Below, piece after piece: positions 1-13,230 of a DNA stretch of 64,000 nt (its first letter is position 1; the number at the start of each line of letters is the position of its first letter). Made by a program: the position numbers and the translations under genes. Below the pieces are notes generated by a model. The model searched no databases, was not told the origin of the DNA, and saw nothing but the letters and a program-made list of their open reading frames with translations. Where the stretch lies: contig NC_045707.1 in assembly GCF_009834535.1 (NCBI RefSeq), positions 59,150,001 through 59,214,000 of the forward strand, given 5' to 3'. The DNA is from Camelus ferus (lineage: Eukaryota).

Positions 1-868
1 AAAGGTCTGAACCAGGATGGCCTTTAACCACCACAGAACTGTTCAGTTGATTCTAGCGCCAGAGGGAATAATTAGGGGAATATCTTCCCTCCTGCCCTCA
101 CAGTTCTCTTCCTCTTAGAGTCAACACAGACAAGTGAAAACCACTCTAGCACACTCCATTTACTTCTTCAACAGATCTTTCTTGTTAAGCACCTACTTCG
201 TGCTAGGCAGAAGAGCAGGCAAGAAAACAGGCAACAGATTCACTCCCGTCTTCCACGTGTTCAATGGTTATTTTATTAAGGATCTACTGTGCGATGCATG
301 GCAGGGATACACGATGGGGGAAATGCCGATCTGGCCTCTGCTCACATCGAGCCTCAAGGGAGTTGTGCGTTACTCTAGGGAGAGGCTCATGGTGCTTGGA
401 AACAGAAAGGAGGGGCACCCAAGGTGATTTTTGTCTCTGTGTACTCTCTATGACAGAGGGGCAGGCAAGAGATAAAAAGCACTGTCAAGACAGATTTTTC
501 AGCAATGAATAGGAAAAAGACGGAGAGCTTTGCAAGGACAGGAAGAGAGAAAAACCAGGGGCTGTCCAGGAACTGCTCTACAGGATGTCAACTCTAGGAC
601 AAAACCTGTGAAAAATGGAGAAGACGGCCCCTGTTCAGAAGCTTTCCTCCCTACTCACAGAAAGAGCCAAATTTATTCCTCTGTTACATATAAAACCAGT
701 CTCATTAGTTGACATTAGGTTAAACTTGACAGGATCTAGGAACTGGACTGGGGGGCATTACTATTTTAGCCTTAAATAGCTTTATTTCTATACCACTAAT
801 GGAGAGTAAATCAAGGGCTTATGAGAGTTCTGCAGCTGGTAAGGGGAAGCATGATGCAGATAACTATT

Positions 869-874
869 TTTATT
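869..874 (-). terminator. Candidate polyadenylation signal AATAAA (second copy at 781-786)
   Basis: tttatt on the + strand immediately after the inferred stop codon. The hexamer is common in AT-rich DNA. Confidence 0.4.
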
Positions 875-878
875 TAAA

Positions 879-996
879 TCAATGTGTTGTATTCATAGAG
901 AATAGGGCAGGATGCTGCAGCTGCAAGAGAGAATTTAAAATTAGAGCAGCTTCAATAGTGCTGTTCACGATTTCATCCAAATCCCTGAGCCTTGCC
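879..996 (-). pseudogene. Terminal coding exon: (W)ARLRDLDEIVNSTIEAALILNSLLQLQHPALFSMNTTH*
   Basis: tactatag|GGCAAG acceptor with weak pyrimidine tract. 118 nt, phase 2, open to TGA. AATAAA follows 4 nt after the stop. Confidence 0.65.
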
Positions 997-1557
997 CTAT
1001 AGTAAGCATCTTTTTTTAACATTTGTGATGTGTGAGTATGTGCCGGCACACACATTTAATATTTCATGGGAAATTGAGACTAAACTGCTCCAGAGTCTGA
1101 AAATAAAATTATTGTCTGTGGGATAATAATCAGTCTCTGTCTCTCCCTGTCTCTCTCTCTCCCTCCCTCCTTATGTCCACTGCTACATAGTCACGTCAAA
1201 ACTGTTACCTCATAGCTGCTGCTTCTGTAAAGAAGCAACATCATTCTATTTCCAGTATCTGAACAGGTCTTGTTTATTTCACATAAAACAGAATTATAAA
1301 AACTTTAACTCCAGTGTTATCTGACCAAAAATAATTGCTGTATTTCAAAGAGTTGCTTATGTAACCCAGATGTCCTAGATTTCCCTAGGTTTCAAGGGTC
1401 ATCTTTTCCTTTAAGGCCCAAATCAGAATAGTCCAAATCCTGACCCTGCTTATCCATAGGAGTCTGGTGTTTTTACTGGGTTTCCTTCTTCACATATTTC
1501 TGGGAACCTTCACAGATGACCTAGGTTACAGAAATAATAGTGTACAACCCTGCTTAC

Positions 1558-1796
1558 CAAGGTATGGTCCACTTCGATGATAACATCATTCCTTTGTATC
1601 TGCAGAGTCTTTTACAAAGCACAGGCTCATTCATCGTCTTGTTTATCCTCATATTATGTTGCACACAATGCCACTTGGATGCTAATGACAGACAGTTTTA
1701 ATGGTGGCTTGGCTCCACGTTTTAGGATTCCCAATCCTGTGCTCAGCCACATCCCACGTTGTCTCAAGTCTCGCGAGGTTGTTACAGTTAAATGAG
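1558..1796 (-). pseudogene. Exon: SFNCNNLARLETTWDVAEHRIGNPKTWSQATIK/NCLSLASKWHCVQHNMRINKTMNEPVLCKRLCRYKGMMLSSKWTIP(W), one frameshift
   Basis: Strong acceptor ccttttgttttctcacatgcattag| and donor TTG|gtaagc. 239 nt. Restoring one base in the A-run at 1696-1699 gives a 240-nt stop-free phase 2/2 exon that fits both neighbours. Confidence 0.7.
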
Positions 1797-2645
1797 CTAA
1801 TGCATGTGAGAAAACAAAAGGATAAAGTGTGTTCCAAACAGATTGTTGTTGTGCTCAACACAGTTAAAGGTGTTCTGGGCCAGGCTCTCCCTTCTGTTCC
1901 ATTCTTTGGATAATGACCAGATTCTCCCTCTGCTTGTCGCATGGACTACACTGCCAAGCATACAAAGACGCTTTGTTCTGAAAATTCCTTTGCTGATAGT
2001 TTAAGGCATTATATCATGATGGCGTTTGAAGTTTCTCAGCTCAAGGGAGAACTCAGGCAATTTGACAATCCTGGCTGTGGTACATATTTCTGCAGACCGC
2101 CCAGCCCCTTTGGCCAAGCTCTCAGCATCTCCGGGGAGAGCAGGCCTGCCATTGGTAAACTCAGCAAAACAACAAGGCCACTGATTGATTTAGGAAGTGA
2201 CAAATGTGTCAGGATTCTCCTCTGAGAAGCTGTGGAAATCTTGCTTGTCCAAACATCCTTGGCAACTGCTACAAAGTCCTTCCAACTGTGGCTAAGTTGT
2301 AGTCTGGCTAACTAATTCAAAAGGAACTCATGCGTGGCCCAATTTGGTGCCAGTCTTGCATAGAAACACCCAGTAATATGCCATGGAAGTAAGCAGCATT
2401 TGCTTTAGTCTCACAAAAGGCAGGAGTGGAATTCTTCCTTGCATCACATCAGGTGTATGGACTGAATCACCTCAAGTGGAAGGGGGTGACCCTACAGGGC
2501 ACATGAGCAGCCCCTAAATGGCTTGGGTCAGGAAATGATATCGAAGGAAGAATTAATCTCTAATAAACACGCACTCCATCCTTCGGTGTATTCACTTTAT
2601 GCCAGTTTCTTCTTTAATGATCCTCCTCCTTCCAATGCAATTTAC

Positions 2646-2734
2646 CTGTAGTTCTTCAACAACCTAACACAAACCACCCTTCTGATTCGGACTCATGATT
2701 TTGGTCTCACTTCCTGCCACTCATTACCAATGAC
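2646..2734 (-). pseudogene. Exon: VIGNEWQEVRPKS*VRIRRVVCVRLLKNY(S)
   Basis: ctttcatcatttag| acceptor and CAG|gtaaat donor. 89 nt, phase 0 to 2, matching both neighbours. TGA at 2693-2695. Confidence 0.65.
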
Positions 2735-3705
2735 CTAAATGATGAAAGCTCTCTTCTGAATATGTTTCTTCAGGAAAAATATTTTACTACAGTTTTTGGC
2801 TCCATTCCATTTTACTTATACAAGGTAAAAAAAATTATGAAACAACCCATTATTTACATGCACTTCCCTTCTTTATAAATATACATAAAGTATTTAAATG
2901 AGTAATATATATATTCAAGAACTCTTGGTCAATAAAGGGGAGAACTATTAAAATTAAATTTAAATTAAGGAAAGGACAGAAAAAGCTGAGCACAAAAATA
3001 TTATCCATCAGTGAAAATACACAGTTCATAAATCATAGCTAAAATGCATACACTGATGTTCATAAGGTGGAATTCTACAACTGTGCTTTTCACAATAGTT
3101 GCATATACTTTTTAAGACAGTATTTCACTTGATCATCCCTTAGTCTTACCAGCTGTGAAGGAGAGAGGAATGTATTTTTTAATCTATTTCTAAGAAGGAA
3201 TAAATATTTTAAAAGAGAGACTGTTAGAGATTCTACTCCCTATAGCATATCAAAGTCCAGAGTTTTGTTTTTAAAACTATAACCGGTTTGTGACCTTTAA
3301 GCATATGTCTCTCACCTTTTACTAGATATCTGAATATAATCACCTTGAAAACCACTATCATCATCAATACCCATTGATTTTGTCTTTATCCTATGTGAAA
3401 GAAAAATCAATGGTGCTCGAAAAACTAAAATGTCCCCAAACCCAGGTAATTGAAAGACACAGGGCTACACTCTCATGAATCTGTTTGAGAGGAAAAAAAT
3501 CAATCATTAAGAATAAGGTAAAACATAAAAACAAGATTATCTGGCTCAGAAGTTAATCAGTGATTGCTAGCTGCGGTTTATACTTGTTTGGTTTGGTTAG
3601 CCCCGAATCATTTGAATGTCTTTTGGGTAAATGGGGAATTTCCCACACTGGGAGTTTTATTCTTCTCAAGTCTATCCCAGGGCTCACTGTGTCTGCCTTC
3701 CTCAC

Positions 3706-4084
3706 CGCTAGGACATTGGCAGGTGACTTAGATTGCCAATTAGACACACCTGTGGGAGGCAGCCAGCTGAAACAAGAGGACTCTTCATGAGACAAGCAGA
3801 AACAAGAAGAAGTGGGCAGGTGCCGAGTCCATCTTTCAGTGACTAACGTGGTGAAGGAGCAAGACCTTTTGAGAGGAGCAGCAGTGGAAGTCTCTGGTCT
3901 GGCCATTGTTAGCAACAGTGGTACAAACAATGCTGACTCAGAACTACGCTGTCTGTGCAGGTTGGGGACGACAGAGATTTCTGCAACAGTTCACGCAGCA
4001 GAGCTGGGGAGTTTTCCTGGCTAGTCTTCAGCTCTCTGGAAGACACTCTGGACTCACTAACAAACTTTAATAAATTTCTACCAC
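3706..4084 (-). pseudogene. Large Ser-rich exon: VVEI/LLKFVSESRVSSRELKTSQENSPALLRELLQKSLSSP/NLHRQRSSESALFVPLLLTMARPETSTAAPLKRSCSF...SKSPANVLA, two frameshifts
   Basis: ttctcag| acceptor and GCG|gtgagg donor. 379 nt. Restoring single bases near 4073 and 3964-3967 yields 127 stop-free codons, phase 0/0. Overlaps ORF-track entries 3909..4106 and 3553..3930. Confidence 0.65.
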
Positions 4085-6949
4085 CTGAGAACTTTGAATG
4101 ATACACTAAGCAACCATTTTCTCATTGTATGTAAACACAGTGTTCTAGCTCTGTTCTCATTTTTCTGACTTGACAGTCCATCGTTCAGTATAACCTTAAC
4201 GTCACCATCTGTGGGTCAAATGTAACCCACCCCCTTTCACAATATTTGAGGGCCCTCTGAGCTGCTCTTTTCTTTTTCAAATGATTTCTCACCTTTCAGC
4301 AAAGTATATACTTTAGTATGTTTAATACTTTTGCTTGTCTAACCACATCCTTCTCTGAAATGCATGAGCTCCATGGGGCCAGACACTGTAGTTTGTTTGG
4401 GACACTGATGTATCCCCAAAGGGTCAGGCTCATGGTTGGGGCTCAATTAATATTTCTGAGTGAATGAATGAACAGAATATATTAATTTGTCTTTATGCTT
4501 CTAGAGGATCTAAGGACAGATAGGTCCTGACGGCATTTTAAACAGACGCATGCTGGCGTGGTTTCCTCATTTCGCTTTCCAGAGTCCTTGGCCTTTTGGT
4601 GAGCCCAAGAACTTAGATCAAGCAAATCTTAAATGTAGATGAAAGAGATTCCCCTCTCTTCTACTAATTAGCCTTCATCAGAGGAAAATCCGTATCATTA
4701 GCTTGCTTTTCCTCTACTAAAATACTTTGCTATTATTATACAGATGCTCTCCTGAACGCCCTTATGCCTAATTACCAATGGTCTATATAAAAATGTCACA
4801 ATATCATTAAAATAGCATTATCATGTAAGGATTTCAAATCAACACATTATTCAGCAAGTGGACTATTATCTCAAAGCTAGTGGCAGGAAAAACTTGGAAG
4901 TGAGTTGCCATCAAAACAACTAGGAAGTATTTACTCAGTAAAACTGATTGAAAGTGGAAAGCTATGAAATATTTTAAAGTTATGTTCAGAAATAAAGTAA
5001 CTGCATTTCGAGGAAGTTTACGAATTTATCCTCTCTCACATGAAATAATGTTCTTTCAGCACGATTCACAATTGGATCAAGTTCCTTTTCTCTTCCTATA
5101 CAGAATGGAAAGCACTTTTCAAGGAGCTGGAGAAGATATCTAAAGTGCTCTGCCAAGCGCAGAATACTGACAATTAATGCAATTTATTTTAGTAAAGACT
5201 TCATAAGGTTGAGGGAAAAAAGAGAGAAAAAAGGAAAGAATATAAATATGCTTATGGAATATTATCATGGGTCAGAAATCATGCTGGGTACTTTATATGT
5301 GTTCCTTTTCATTACCTTCATCATATTATAAGAGAAAGGCATCATCATTATTACTGCTGATTGAGAAAACTGAGTCCTTGAGAATTGTCTAAGTCCACGC
5401 AGCTAGTAAAGGGGACACTTATAAAAACTCTGACTTTCAAGCTGTTATTGTTTGAACTGCACTGCACTGACAAGCTAATGATAAGGCTAATGAAAAATTG
5501 CCATTAGGGCCTTTCTTTCCTCTGAGTGACAATGGGAGAAAGAATCTTTTACACAGGCTTGAAAATTCCCAAAGGACTTGGAGAAAACTACTGGCGTGTT
5601 TTAGACATGTCAGCTGTCACGGCATAAGAGAATTGTGGTAAGACAGGAATGCTGATTATTTGAATCCCAAGAGAATAAAACGGACCAAAAGTTCAAATTT
5701 ACTTTAAAAACGTGTTTTTGGCTCTGGCCATCTAATTGTATTTTTGGATTGGATTCTTTTATAAACAGAAACTCAGATAACAAGACAAAGAAGTCAAGTG
5801 AAAGAATGAGAGAAACTATGTAACTTTGTTTACTTCATAAGCAGCAGAAACTAGCTCCAAAAATTTCATTTCTTGGTAAACAACTCTCTTTTTGTTTTTA
5901 TGAAGTACTGCTTATAAACAAAATCTTCATTTGAATAGCAAGTTCTTCATGAAATTTCCTAGGTAAGTCAAACTAATTTTCTCCCCAGAGAGACTTCCTG
6001 TCCCAGCTTGACCTAAGCCTGATAATATATACTCCTTTGGTCCCAAAGAGACTAATCAAACTTCATCAGTCTGCGACACTCAAAATTTGACTTTCATGAG
6101 AAAAATTTATAAATTTGTGTTTACAGATGTAACTAACATTATGGTTCATTTCCACTGAAACTTTTAAGAAGCTGTTATTGAAGATGATATTTTAAAAATA
6201 TTCTTGTATCAGGACAATTTTCATAAAACCTATATATTCCAAAAAAATCATCAGAGGAGAAATAAATATAGTCCATTACACAAATCTATGCATTTTAAGA
6301 ATTTGTGCATCAGTTCAATACACTTTTGTCTAAAAATCAAACAAAAAGTTACTCAGTTGTCTTCAAGTGTGGCTGTTTTGTTTTTTGTTTTTTTGGTAAT
6401 TGACTGAATGAGAAATCAAAATGTGTCACCTACATTTCAAAACAAAAAGCATGACTCAGAATTGAATTTTTTACCAAAGCCTATCAAACTCCCTCTAAGC
6501 TAATTTTTGACTAATCACACAAAAAATAGAAAGTATTAATTATCTCACAAATTACCAATACATTTTCTCTGTCATTAAAAATCAGCCATAAATCAGATAA
6601 ACAAGTATTTGGGGTTTTTTTTAATGGGAAAAAAGAAATAAGATGAAACTCATACAACACAAGATAGCCCTTTTTCTGAAGGTTAATTTTATAATGTTTC
6701 CTAAAATCTTAAGTCCTAACCATCTCAGTGAATTATAAATTCTTTTGCCAGCAGCCACTTCATTCTAGTGAAACTCATTTTTATACATAATAAATAGGGT
6801 GAGTTTCAAAAATCTATTTGAATAAATTATTGGAATATTTGGGAGCTCTTCACATTTGAATATATTAGTATCACTGGAAGCACAGAATGGCTCTACTTCA
6901 GCTGGGATGCTCCCATACTCTACGTCAAGTTCAAGTTCCATACTGTGGT

Positions 6950-7125
6950 TTTTAAAAAACACTCTAACTCCTTGACATGCCATGTGTTCTGTGAAACAGC
7001 AGTAACCCCATTACCAAAGAACTTGTTAGAAATGCAGACTCTTGGGCCCATCCCCAAACTACTAAACCCAAATCTACAGTCTAACAAAACGCCCAGGTTA
7101 TCCATATACACATTAAAAACAAAGA
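6950..7125. mobile_element. MER5A-like hAT-Charlie DNA transposon relic
   Basis: gaacttgttagaaatgcagactcttgggcccatcccc...tctaacaaaacgcccaggt, resembling the MER5A core. Confidence 0.65.
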
Positions 7126-7539
7126 GTGTCAATGACTTTGTAACCAGCCTTGAATGTTTTGGTTATCCAAACCAGACCCAGTGGGGAAGTGTGTGGCATC
7201 AGATGGTGATGGCAATGTGGGGATTTGAAATTTGCGAAACAGAGTTTCTAGACTCTTATTATTCACTCTTTCTTAAGCCTACAATTACTCATTTGGTGTA
7301 GCATTGCACTGTGTGACAGTCTGATCTTCATTCTGGGACTGGATAGACCTTGACTGCTGCATTTTATACACCAGAGCTGAGAGATTGAAAACATGGTAGA
7401 CAATGTGGCAAAATGGAAAGGCATTCTATTTAGAGTCAGTCAGAAAGGATTTTAAATTCTGAATTGGCATTTTTAATAAGCTCTATGACAGTGGAGATTT
7501 TTTAGTTTTGGTTTCCTTGTTAGAAAAGTAGAAAGAAGC

Positions 7540-7868
7540 TAACAGCCTCAGCTCCTAAAGGCCAGCCTCCAGTTCTTGGCGTATGGTCCCCTCCAGCTCA
7601 GCAAAGGAAACTCTCCCTCACGTCCAATTCCTCTCGCACTATGAATATCCCCGCCTTCCTCCCCTTCCACCAGAGAAACCTCTCTGCTTTTAAGGAGCTC
7701 ATGGGATTAGGTTAGGCCCACTGGATAATTTCTCTATTTTCAAGTCATCCAAGCTACATACCTTAATAACAGGAGTAAAATACATCAAATTCACAGATCC
7801 AAGGATTATGTAGGGTACACACCAGAGAGATGAAAAACTTCAGGACATCTTAGAATCCTGCCTACCAT
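7540..7868 (-). mobile_element. MLT1-type MaLR LTR fragment
   Basis: ctctgcttttaaggagctcatgggattaggttaggcccactggataat...cttagaatcctgcctaccata. Confidence 0.6.
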
Positions 7869-7869
7869 A

Positions 7870-8395
7870 CCAGATGCAAATATAAAACTTTATACAAAAT
7901 GTATCAGATTTTAGATGTAAAATCTAAAATTATAAACCTCCTGAAGAAAACAGGGATAAAAATCTTCCTAATATGAGGATAGGTAAAGATTTATAAGGCA
8001 GGACATCCTGAAACACTAATCAACTTTATATTTTAAAAGTAAAAAATTAACCTTTAATACAATTTCAAATTCTGCTTTTTGAGAGACATGCTTAGAAAGA
8101 TGAAAAAGCAAGCTACAGATTGAAAAATTATGTTCAAAATATACACCTGACAAATGCCTTGTAGTCAGGCTATGTAGAGAACTCATGACTCAATAACAGA
8201 AGAACGTCAAATTAAACTCACATAAAACATACAAATGTACAAGAAGCCCATGAAAAGATGCTCAGAATAACGATCTATAGCAACAATTTCATGATGATCC
8301 TACCACGTACACACACAAAAACATCTAAAATTTAAATCACTGACAGTACAGAGTGTTGTCAGGGATGTGGAACAACTGGAACTCTCCTGCATCCA
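7870..8395 (+). mobile_element. Old L1M ORF2 3' fragment
   Basis: A-rich; gatgaaaaagcaagctacagattg, catgaaaagatgctca and gatgtggaacaactggaactctc motifs. Confidence 0.7.
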
Positions 8396-8399
8396 CAAA

Positions 8400-8740
8400 A
8401 TTCAGTTTCCTGTGGTTCTAAGACGAAGTTTTCATCAACTAGCTACTGATGCAGGTCGCTCTCATTTTTGAAAGGCTACCCACACTTCATGGCACATTCT
8501 GCCTCCATCTTTAAAGCCAGCAATGGCAAGGCAAACCCTCTCATGTTTCAAATCTCTAAATTTTCTTTCTGCAATCCTTTTCTTTTAAGGGCTCCCATGC
8601 TTCAGTTTAGCCCAACAAGAATAATTCCCCTTTCCCACATAATATAATTGTAGGAGTGACATCTCATCACATACACAAGTTCCACCCATACTCAAATGGA
8701 AGGTGAGGGTCACTGTGAGCCACTCTTAGAATTCTGAATT
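8400..8740 (-). mobile_element. MLT1-type MaLR LTR fragment
   Basis: attcagtttcctgtggtt...ccatctttaaagccagcaatggc...cttagaattctg. Confidence 0.6.
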
Positions 8741-11700
8741 TCAGCAAAGGTTTTTTTTGTTTTTTTTTTTGTTTTTAAGTCAGAGGAACTTTTCTAACTG
8801 TCCCTCAAGTGTATACCGTGGACCGTTTTACTTGTGCTTACCCTGCCCACAAGGATGTGTAGGCAAGCACTGAACAGTAGGTGGCGTACGGTAGAATGGA
8901 GAAGATTTTCTAATTCAGGAGAAGACAGGAAGGCTAACTTCACTGCCAGGACTTGGGCCACATCCTTCCACTGATTCTGTGACCCCAATATCTCTTCTCC
9001 CACACTTTATGCAGACCTGCTAGTATCACGACAATTTTTTCCTCGTTCCTCCTCCACTTCTATTTTTGATACTTCCAGATCCTTCTAGGTAAGAATACCT
9101 GTTCTGTTTCTTTCATGTTCAGGCTAAATCATCTGTGGTTTCTCTAATGGTTTCTAGAATTCTTATACTTTCATTCTTTGAAAAGCCTCATTGGGAAGAA
9201 AACAGTCCTTATACTAAAAGCTGTAAAAACCAAAGTCACGTTGCAGATTTATCACCTCCTTCCCTGTTCTCTTGACTCTGTATTTTGTGGAATTCACTCC
9301 TTAATGTGTTCTAAATCAGTATATTTTTCCTACATATCTGAAGATGCTGTCTCTGTTGGTAAAAACGTCATGCTTCAGATGCATGAATCCTATATTCCTG
9401 ATCGGTCTGAACACAGTTCAGAAAAATAAAAATATCAGATTTCTTCAGGACATCAGAGATTTATTAATATGCCCTTACTGACAGATTCTGGAGCATTCAG
9501 ACAAAGAGATTCACATTAAAATATATGATGATATCTTTTATAAATTATATATTATATAAATGTGTTTAATAGCTGTGAAATTGAATCTCTATGTATATGT
9601 TTCCTGGGTTCTAGTAGTTTCTTTAAAGTTCACGTTTATAAAAGATGAGTATAAATCATACTGTTTTGTTCAAAGTATTAAAACTGTTCAAATATCCTCT
9701 GTAGACTTATTGCTTGTTATACATGCTAGTGTTCACGACAAAATGTTTGAGAAAGCAGCGGGGGGGGGGGGCAGAGACTTGAAGGACGGAAGAGAGTCAG
9801 GCATGTTTGTGATTATTTTTCGTAAGTGTCTGTGAAGTCCGTTATAAAATGGACACAATAATATTTAACAATATAAGGCAAATAACAATCAACTTCAACA
9901 ATCATCTTTTGAATCTGATGAGTTCTTCCATTCCTAGAAGTTCTCTAAGATGTACTTTACCAATAAAGCCCCCTTCTCCTTGTGAACCCACTGTAATCCC
10001 CAGGAAATTCACTTTTCACACAAGTATGAAATGGATTAATTGGATTAAATCAAGAGGAATCATGAGATTTTAAAATGGAAACTTAGAAACACACTCCATA
10101 CTGCCCATAATGCAGTGTTTACTCTAATTCACCTTGTAGAAGAGACTTGTTCTCATCCTATTCCATAATGTTTCTTTCTCTAAATCCTGATTTGCATACT
10201 CTGATTATTCTAAATATCTTAATTTCCCCTAGCAAATTTGCCCCTTCATTTTATTTCTTAGAATTCTCACTTCTTTATTTATGAAATCTCTGACCTACAC
10301 GGTCAACAGTGGTTTGGAGCAGGAAATGTCACAGATCCCTGGAAAACGAGCAGATACCTCTACTTCTTTTCCAGCAAACCTTTGCCCTGTGTTGTACAGT
10401 TTATAGGATGCATTCTTCTACTTTGTTTATTTGTGTCTTTTCTGCCTATTTGCAAGACTGGTATCAAATGACTTTCTTCACTTGTGGCAATATTTTATTT
10501 TGCACAACAACTTTGGGGGTTTGGTATCACTATATCTATTACAGAGATGAAGAAATTTATAATTAGGTAATTAGAAAAGAAACAGTACTCAGCTGCTCTG
10601 TGGTTGAGTCAGGATTTGAACTCATGAATATGTTGTTCCAAAATCCACCCACTTAATGGGCATTTAATAAATATTTAAGTGACTGTACAAATGAATGAAT
10701 GCCATTTCCACTCTAGAACACTGGGGAAAGCAAGAGAATTATGAAAATGTATGAGTGATGAGTTGAAAGAGGATAATGAATTAAAGAGAAATTCCACACT
10801 TGAATGAGACTGTGAATGACGAAAAACAAAAGAAAAAAATGGGGGGGGGGGGGGAGTCAGGTGCTTCTGAATTTACTTTCTAGTTTCAATACTGTGCCAC
10901 CACACTGATCTCTTTTTCATAAGCTCCAGACCTTTTCACTGACTTCACTCTAGAGCTACAGGCTGATAAGGCTGTCATTTCTTTCAAATTTATTAGTAAT
11001 ATATGATAAGATAGTTGTGATACTATAATTATTTAACATTTGTATTTATAGATGCTAAAAGTTAAACTGCCAATGTATCAGTTTTAAAAACATATTCAAT
11101 CATCTGACAGTAACTCTCCCTTGAATTACAAATACTCTCAGGAAGCACATTATTGATCTGTCTTTGTAACCACCAATAATAAATATCTAGGCTTTGTATC
11201 TGCTGAGAGCTTCTGAAGGCTGCCACTGCGAGGTAGACCTATTATAGAAAATGTCACCAGGAACATTTTTATATACGCACTAATGTTTAGCATTTCTCAA
11301 TTAATTTAATGAGCCCAATTTACCACCCTTCATCCCTCATTAAAGGACATATGGTATATCCCATCTTAAGAAATTATAAGGGGCATCAAATTCTTTCATT
11401 CCATAAGAGTTTGTAATATGGAAAGTATAAAGTAATTGCAAAATTAGCTTTAAAAACACATGATACTAATTGAGCAATCTGTGTATTTCTAAGTGGTTCA
11501 AATATATGTTAGCTAGCTGCTACATTTTAGATAGTAGACTATGTACCTTGAGCACAAAAATAAACAACAAATTCTATCCTGTACCTGTAATAGAGGGAAA
11601 CAGGCATGTCACAATGATAATGAAGATATAATCAACAGATCATTCTTACTTCACTTATATTTAATACATAATGAAGCTTAATATAGAATTATATAAAATA

Positions 11701-12729
11701 TAATAGTATAAATAAATAAAATATATAGTAAATGTTTTGTGTCAAGCACTATGATAATCATCTTATTAAGTTCTCTAATTTAATCCTGACAATTCTGAAA
11801 GTTAGGAAATACTGTACCCACATCACCAATAATGGAATTGAGACATCTTTCAGTTTCTTACTGAAATTGAGTAGGACAATGTGGGGTTAAGTGCCTGGCC
11901 TCTGTAGTAAGAGTGCCTTGGTTCAAATAGCTACTTCATCACCAGTTTATGCCTTAGGTTCGATATCTGCAAAGCAGGGAAGACAAAAGGATATGACCCT
12001 TGTAGGGTTAAGTACGGAGAATAAGAAACCATCACCTGTAAACTTCAAGCAGGGCCTCGCATATAGTAAGGGCTTAACAAATGCTAGCAGATATTATTTC
12101 TCTAATGAAAGCACTGGCAGTGATTGGGGTAGGTGGATGAAGCATGAATGATGATTACCGCGAAGAACAAAAGAGCTGTGAAAAGCTTAGCTTTTTCCTT
12201 TTCCTTAATATACTATCGGGTAGTTAGGAGGGCCTAATACATAGAGACAGCTGATGAGGGAAGCATTTATTATACAGGAAACTCACTGATGAGGGTACTG
12301 TGTTAAAAGTTCAGCATGTAATTAGACTGTGATTTTCTGTTCATACCTTCCTCTCTCCAGAAAATCAGGCAGAATTAGCAACAAGAATACAGAGAGAAGA
12401 GAGTCACAAAGAGAAGAGGACCAATTCTTTTTTCCTAATTTTTGTTTTTCTACCAGACCCTGGCTTTCACATTTTATTATCAGGAAAACTGCCTGTAGAT
12501 TATTTTCTCTGTTAACTACAAACAGAAGTCATGAGCTCCACAATTCCTGACTTATTTTATGGCTTCTTATGAACAAATAAAGACTCTAATCAGTTGTGAA
12601 TTTTTTCTTCCATTAAGACAACTGACAAGTGACTGTTTCATGGGCCATTAATTAAATGATAAAACAGAAGCACACACCTCACTGAATTATTTCAGATTAA
12701 TGAAATTTTGATCGTATTGACCCTAAGGC

Positions 12730-13000
12730 AGTAGTATGTTGTTCAAGCAAAGAGTTGTACAGAGGAATGAAAAAACGTTTGGAGCCAGACAGACCTGCGT
12801 TCTAATCCAGTCTCTGACATTTACTTTCTGAGTGATCTTGGGCAAACTGATTGACCTGATTTTTTTTTAATATTCTTATCTGTATTATGGAGATAATTCT
12901 TCCCTACTACAGTTGATTAGAAGATAAAATGTATGTGTGCATTTAAGGCAACCACATTAGTGAATATCAAGTAGTTTGTGCTTAACACATGTTAGTTTCC
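12730..13000 (+). mobile_element. MIR SINE (representative; similar relics near 5250-5470, 11730-12090, 26100-26360, 45310-45510, 47560-47760, 55190-55420)
   Basis: ttggagccagacagacctgcgttctaatccagtctctgacatttac...gtgatcttgggcaa...atctgtattatggagataat core. Confidence 0.7.
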
Positions 13001-13188
13001 TTCCACCACCTTCCAATAATTAGGTGGGATCTACTTTTGCTCTATTATTCAAAACCATTTTTAGGACATAAGAGCAAGGGGGAAATTACAGTATCTTAGG
13101 AAAAATAAAAGAAACACTGCAAAAGTAATCAATTGATGTTCTTATATTCAGTCAAGCTTCATTGACTACCATGTATGTGTATGTATAA

Positions 13189-13189
<1 letters not shown>

Positions 13190-13229
<40 letters not shown>
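13190..13229. repeat. (TG)n microsatellite
   Basis: About 20 uninterrupted TG units. Confidence 0.95.

Positions 13230-13230
<1 letters not shown>

Noticed and set aside
1209..1320. Possible extra minus-strand exon (112 nt, or 16 nt from 1224) ending GAG|gtaaca
   Set aside because: It fits only if the 1796-1558 exon is read in a frame with five stops. Direct splicing from 1558 to 996 needs just one indel and gives a cleaner peptide.
1558..1620. IQRNDVIIEVDHT peptide resembling a PDZ strand
   Set aside because: That frame has several stops just upstream and is incompatible with the phase of the terminal exon.
2555..2610. WHKVNTPKDGVRVY peptide resembling a START-domain N-terminus
   Set aside because: It is flanked by stops, has no supporting splice sites and no other START motifs, and falls inside an inferred intron.
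9770..10854. Poly-G runs at ~9770-9781 and ~10841-10854
   Set aside because: Isolated homopolymers with no associated structure, and their length is unreliable in assemblies.
12361..12425. Plus-strand acceptor followed by a purine-rich stretch (ENQAELATRIQREE...)
   Set aside because: No donor and no partner exons; low complexity.
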